49,583 nt of DNA, taken from the NCBI RefSeq assembly GCF_004010195.1, contig NC_057718.1, positions 18,638,767-18,688,349 on the forward strand, in the 5' to 3' direction. Shown here piece by piece: positions 48,814 through 49,583 of this stretch. Made by a program: the position numbers and the translations under genes. Under the pieces are notes generated by a model that saw only the letters and a program-made list of their open reading frames with translations, ran no database searches and had not been told where the DNA came from. The stretch comes from Chiloscyllium plagiosum. Taxonomy: Eukaryota. Position 1 is the first letter of the stretch. Every line of letters begins with the position of its first letter.

Positions 48814-49488
48814 ATGGCTAATGATTTGATTAAATGGTGTACCTGGAGTATCAAGGGAAGTTACTCACCAATTGAGAGGAAGAGGTACTCTTGAGTCTTA
48901 GAAAGGAGAAGGTGGATATTGTTTTGTTACAGGAGACACATTTGGATGACAAGTAGCATCTGAAATTACAGCAGAATGGCTTTGACCGAGTTTATCTTTC
49001 ATCATTTAATACCAGAAGTAGGGGAGTGGCTATATTGGTTAGGAAAAATCTCTCATTTAAATTGTTGGAATGTGTTAAAGACACATACGGGAGGTTTGTA
49101 ATTCATAAAGCCTTGATAAATGGGGAAGAATATGGCATTTTAAATGTTTATTGTCCCCCAGCTCATCCTCTTAAATTCTTGGTAGATGCTTTTTCTAAAC
49201 TGATAAGTCTCAAGTCTCGCCACATCATTATAGGGGGAGATTTTAACTGCCTCATGGACGCCACAGTACACAGGTTGCCTAAAGGTCCCTCAACACCCTC
49301 TGCACAAACTAAACAGTTATTGGGTTTGTGTGGGGAATTAGGGTTGGTGGACGTCTGGAGGTGTCTCCACCCTACAGGTAGGGATTTCATGTTTTTCTCC
49401 AATCCGCATAGATGTCACACGAGGATTGATTTTTTTCTGACCCCTGCGGTAACCCTGGATCTGGTGGCATCCTGTACGATTGGTAATA
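48814..49488 (+). pseudogene. L1 ORF2p APE-type endonuclease, frameshifted and interrupted
   Basis: MANDLIKWCTWSIKG, DIVLLQETH, SRGVAILV, LNVYCP, IIIGGDFN, LVDVWR, HTRIDFF. An early frameshift and a TAG at ~48954. Confidence 0.93.
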
Positions 49489-49583
49489 TTCTGGATCAGT
49501 GGTGCTGGAAGAGCACAGCAATTCAGGCAGCATCCGACAAGCGGCAAAATCGACGTTTCGGGCAAAAGCCCTTCATCAGGACC
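49488..49583 (-). mobile_element. Young PLE pseudo-LTR inserted in L1 ORF2, runs off window end
   Basis: attctggatcagtggtgctggaagagcacagcaattcaggcagcatcc is nearly identical to 27691-27738. Confidence 0.88.
49552..49579 (-). ncRNA. Minimal type I hammerhead ribozyme core motif (PLE-associated)
   Basis: Reverse complement CUGAUGA-A-GGGC-UUUU-GCCC-GAAA-CG-UC has the conserved boxes, an intact stem II and a vestigial stem III. Stem I cannot be judged because the window ends. Confidence 0.65.

Larger units (their letters stand above)
47211..49488 (+). mobile_element. L1-clade LINE, 5' portion (5'UTR, ORF1, spacer, ORF2 endonuclease)
   Basis: Starts ggggatctaagatggcgg (YY1-like motif). ORF1 and an APE domain follow, as listed below. 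Confidence 0.95.

Overview
Vertebrate genomic DNA, almost certainly from an elasmobranch. This is inferred from HE1/V-type tRNA SINEs with (TAATC)n tails, HER1/CR1-type LINEs and Deu-domain SINEs. The window is intergenic or intronic, dominated by nested and mostly decayed transposable elements, and has two assembly gaps. The elements are many CR1 LINE copies (one with a nearly intact RT region at 34.7-36.7 kb), the 5' part of an L1 (47.2 kb to near the end), a Ty3/Gypsy integrase plus 3' LTR (39.0-40.1 kb), L2 remnants, three SINE families, Penelope-like element (PLE) fragments and possible Harbinger remnants. No host gene could be identified with confidence; only weak candidate exons and RFX X-box motifs were seen. 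Three observations stand out. (1) Recurrent 120-220 bp fold-back PLE-derived mini-elements built around a minimal hammerhead-ribozyme motif, one with perfect 67-bp arms and a target-site duplication. (2) A TSD-flanked 550-bp bipartite CR1 derivative in which the 5'UTR is fused to the 3' end. (3) A cryptic ~16-bp-period array split by a LINE insertion. All identifications were made by eye, without database searches.
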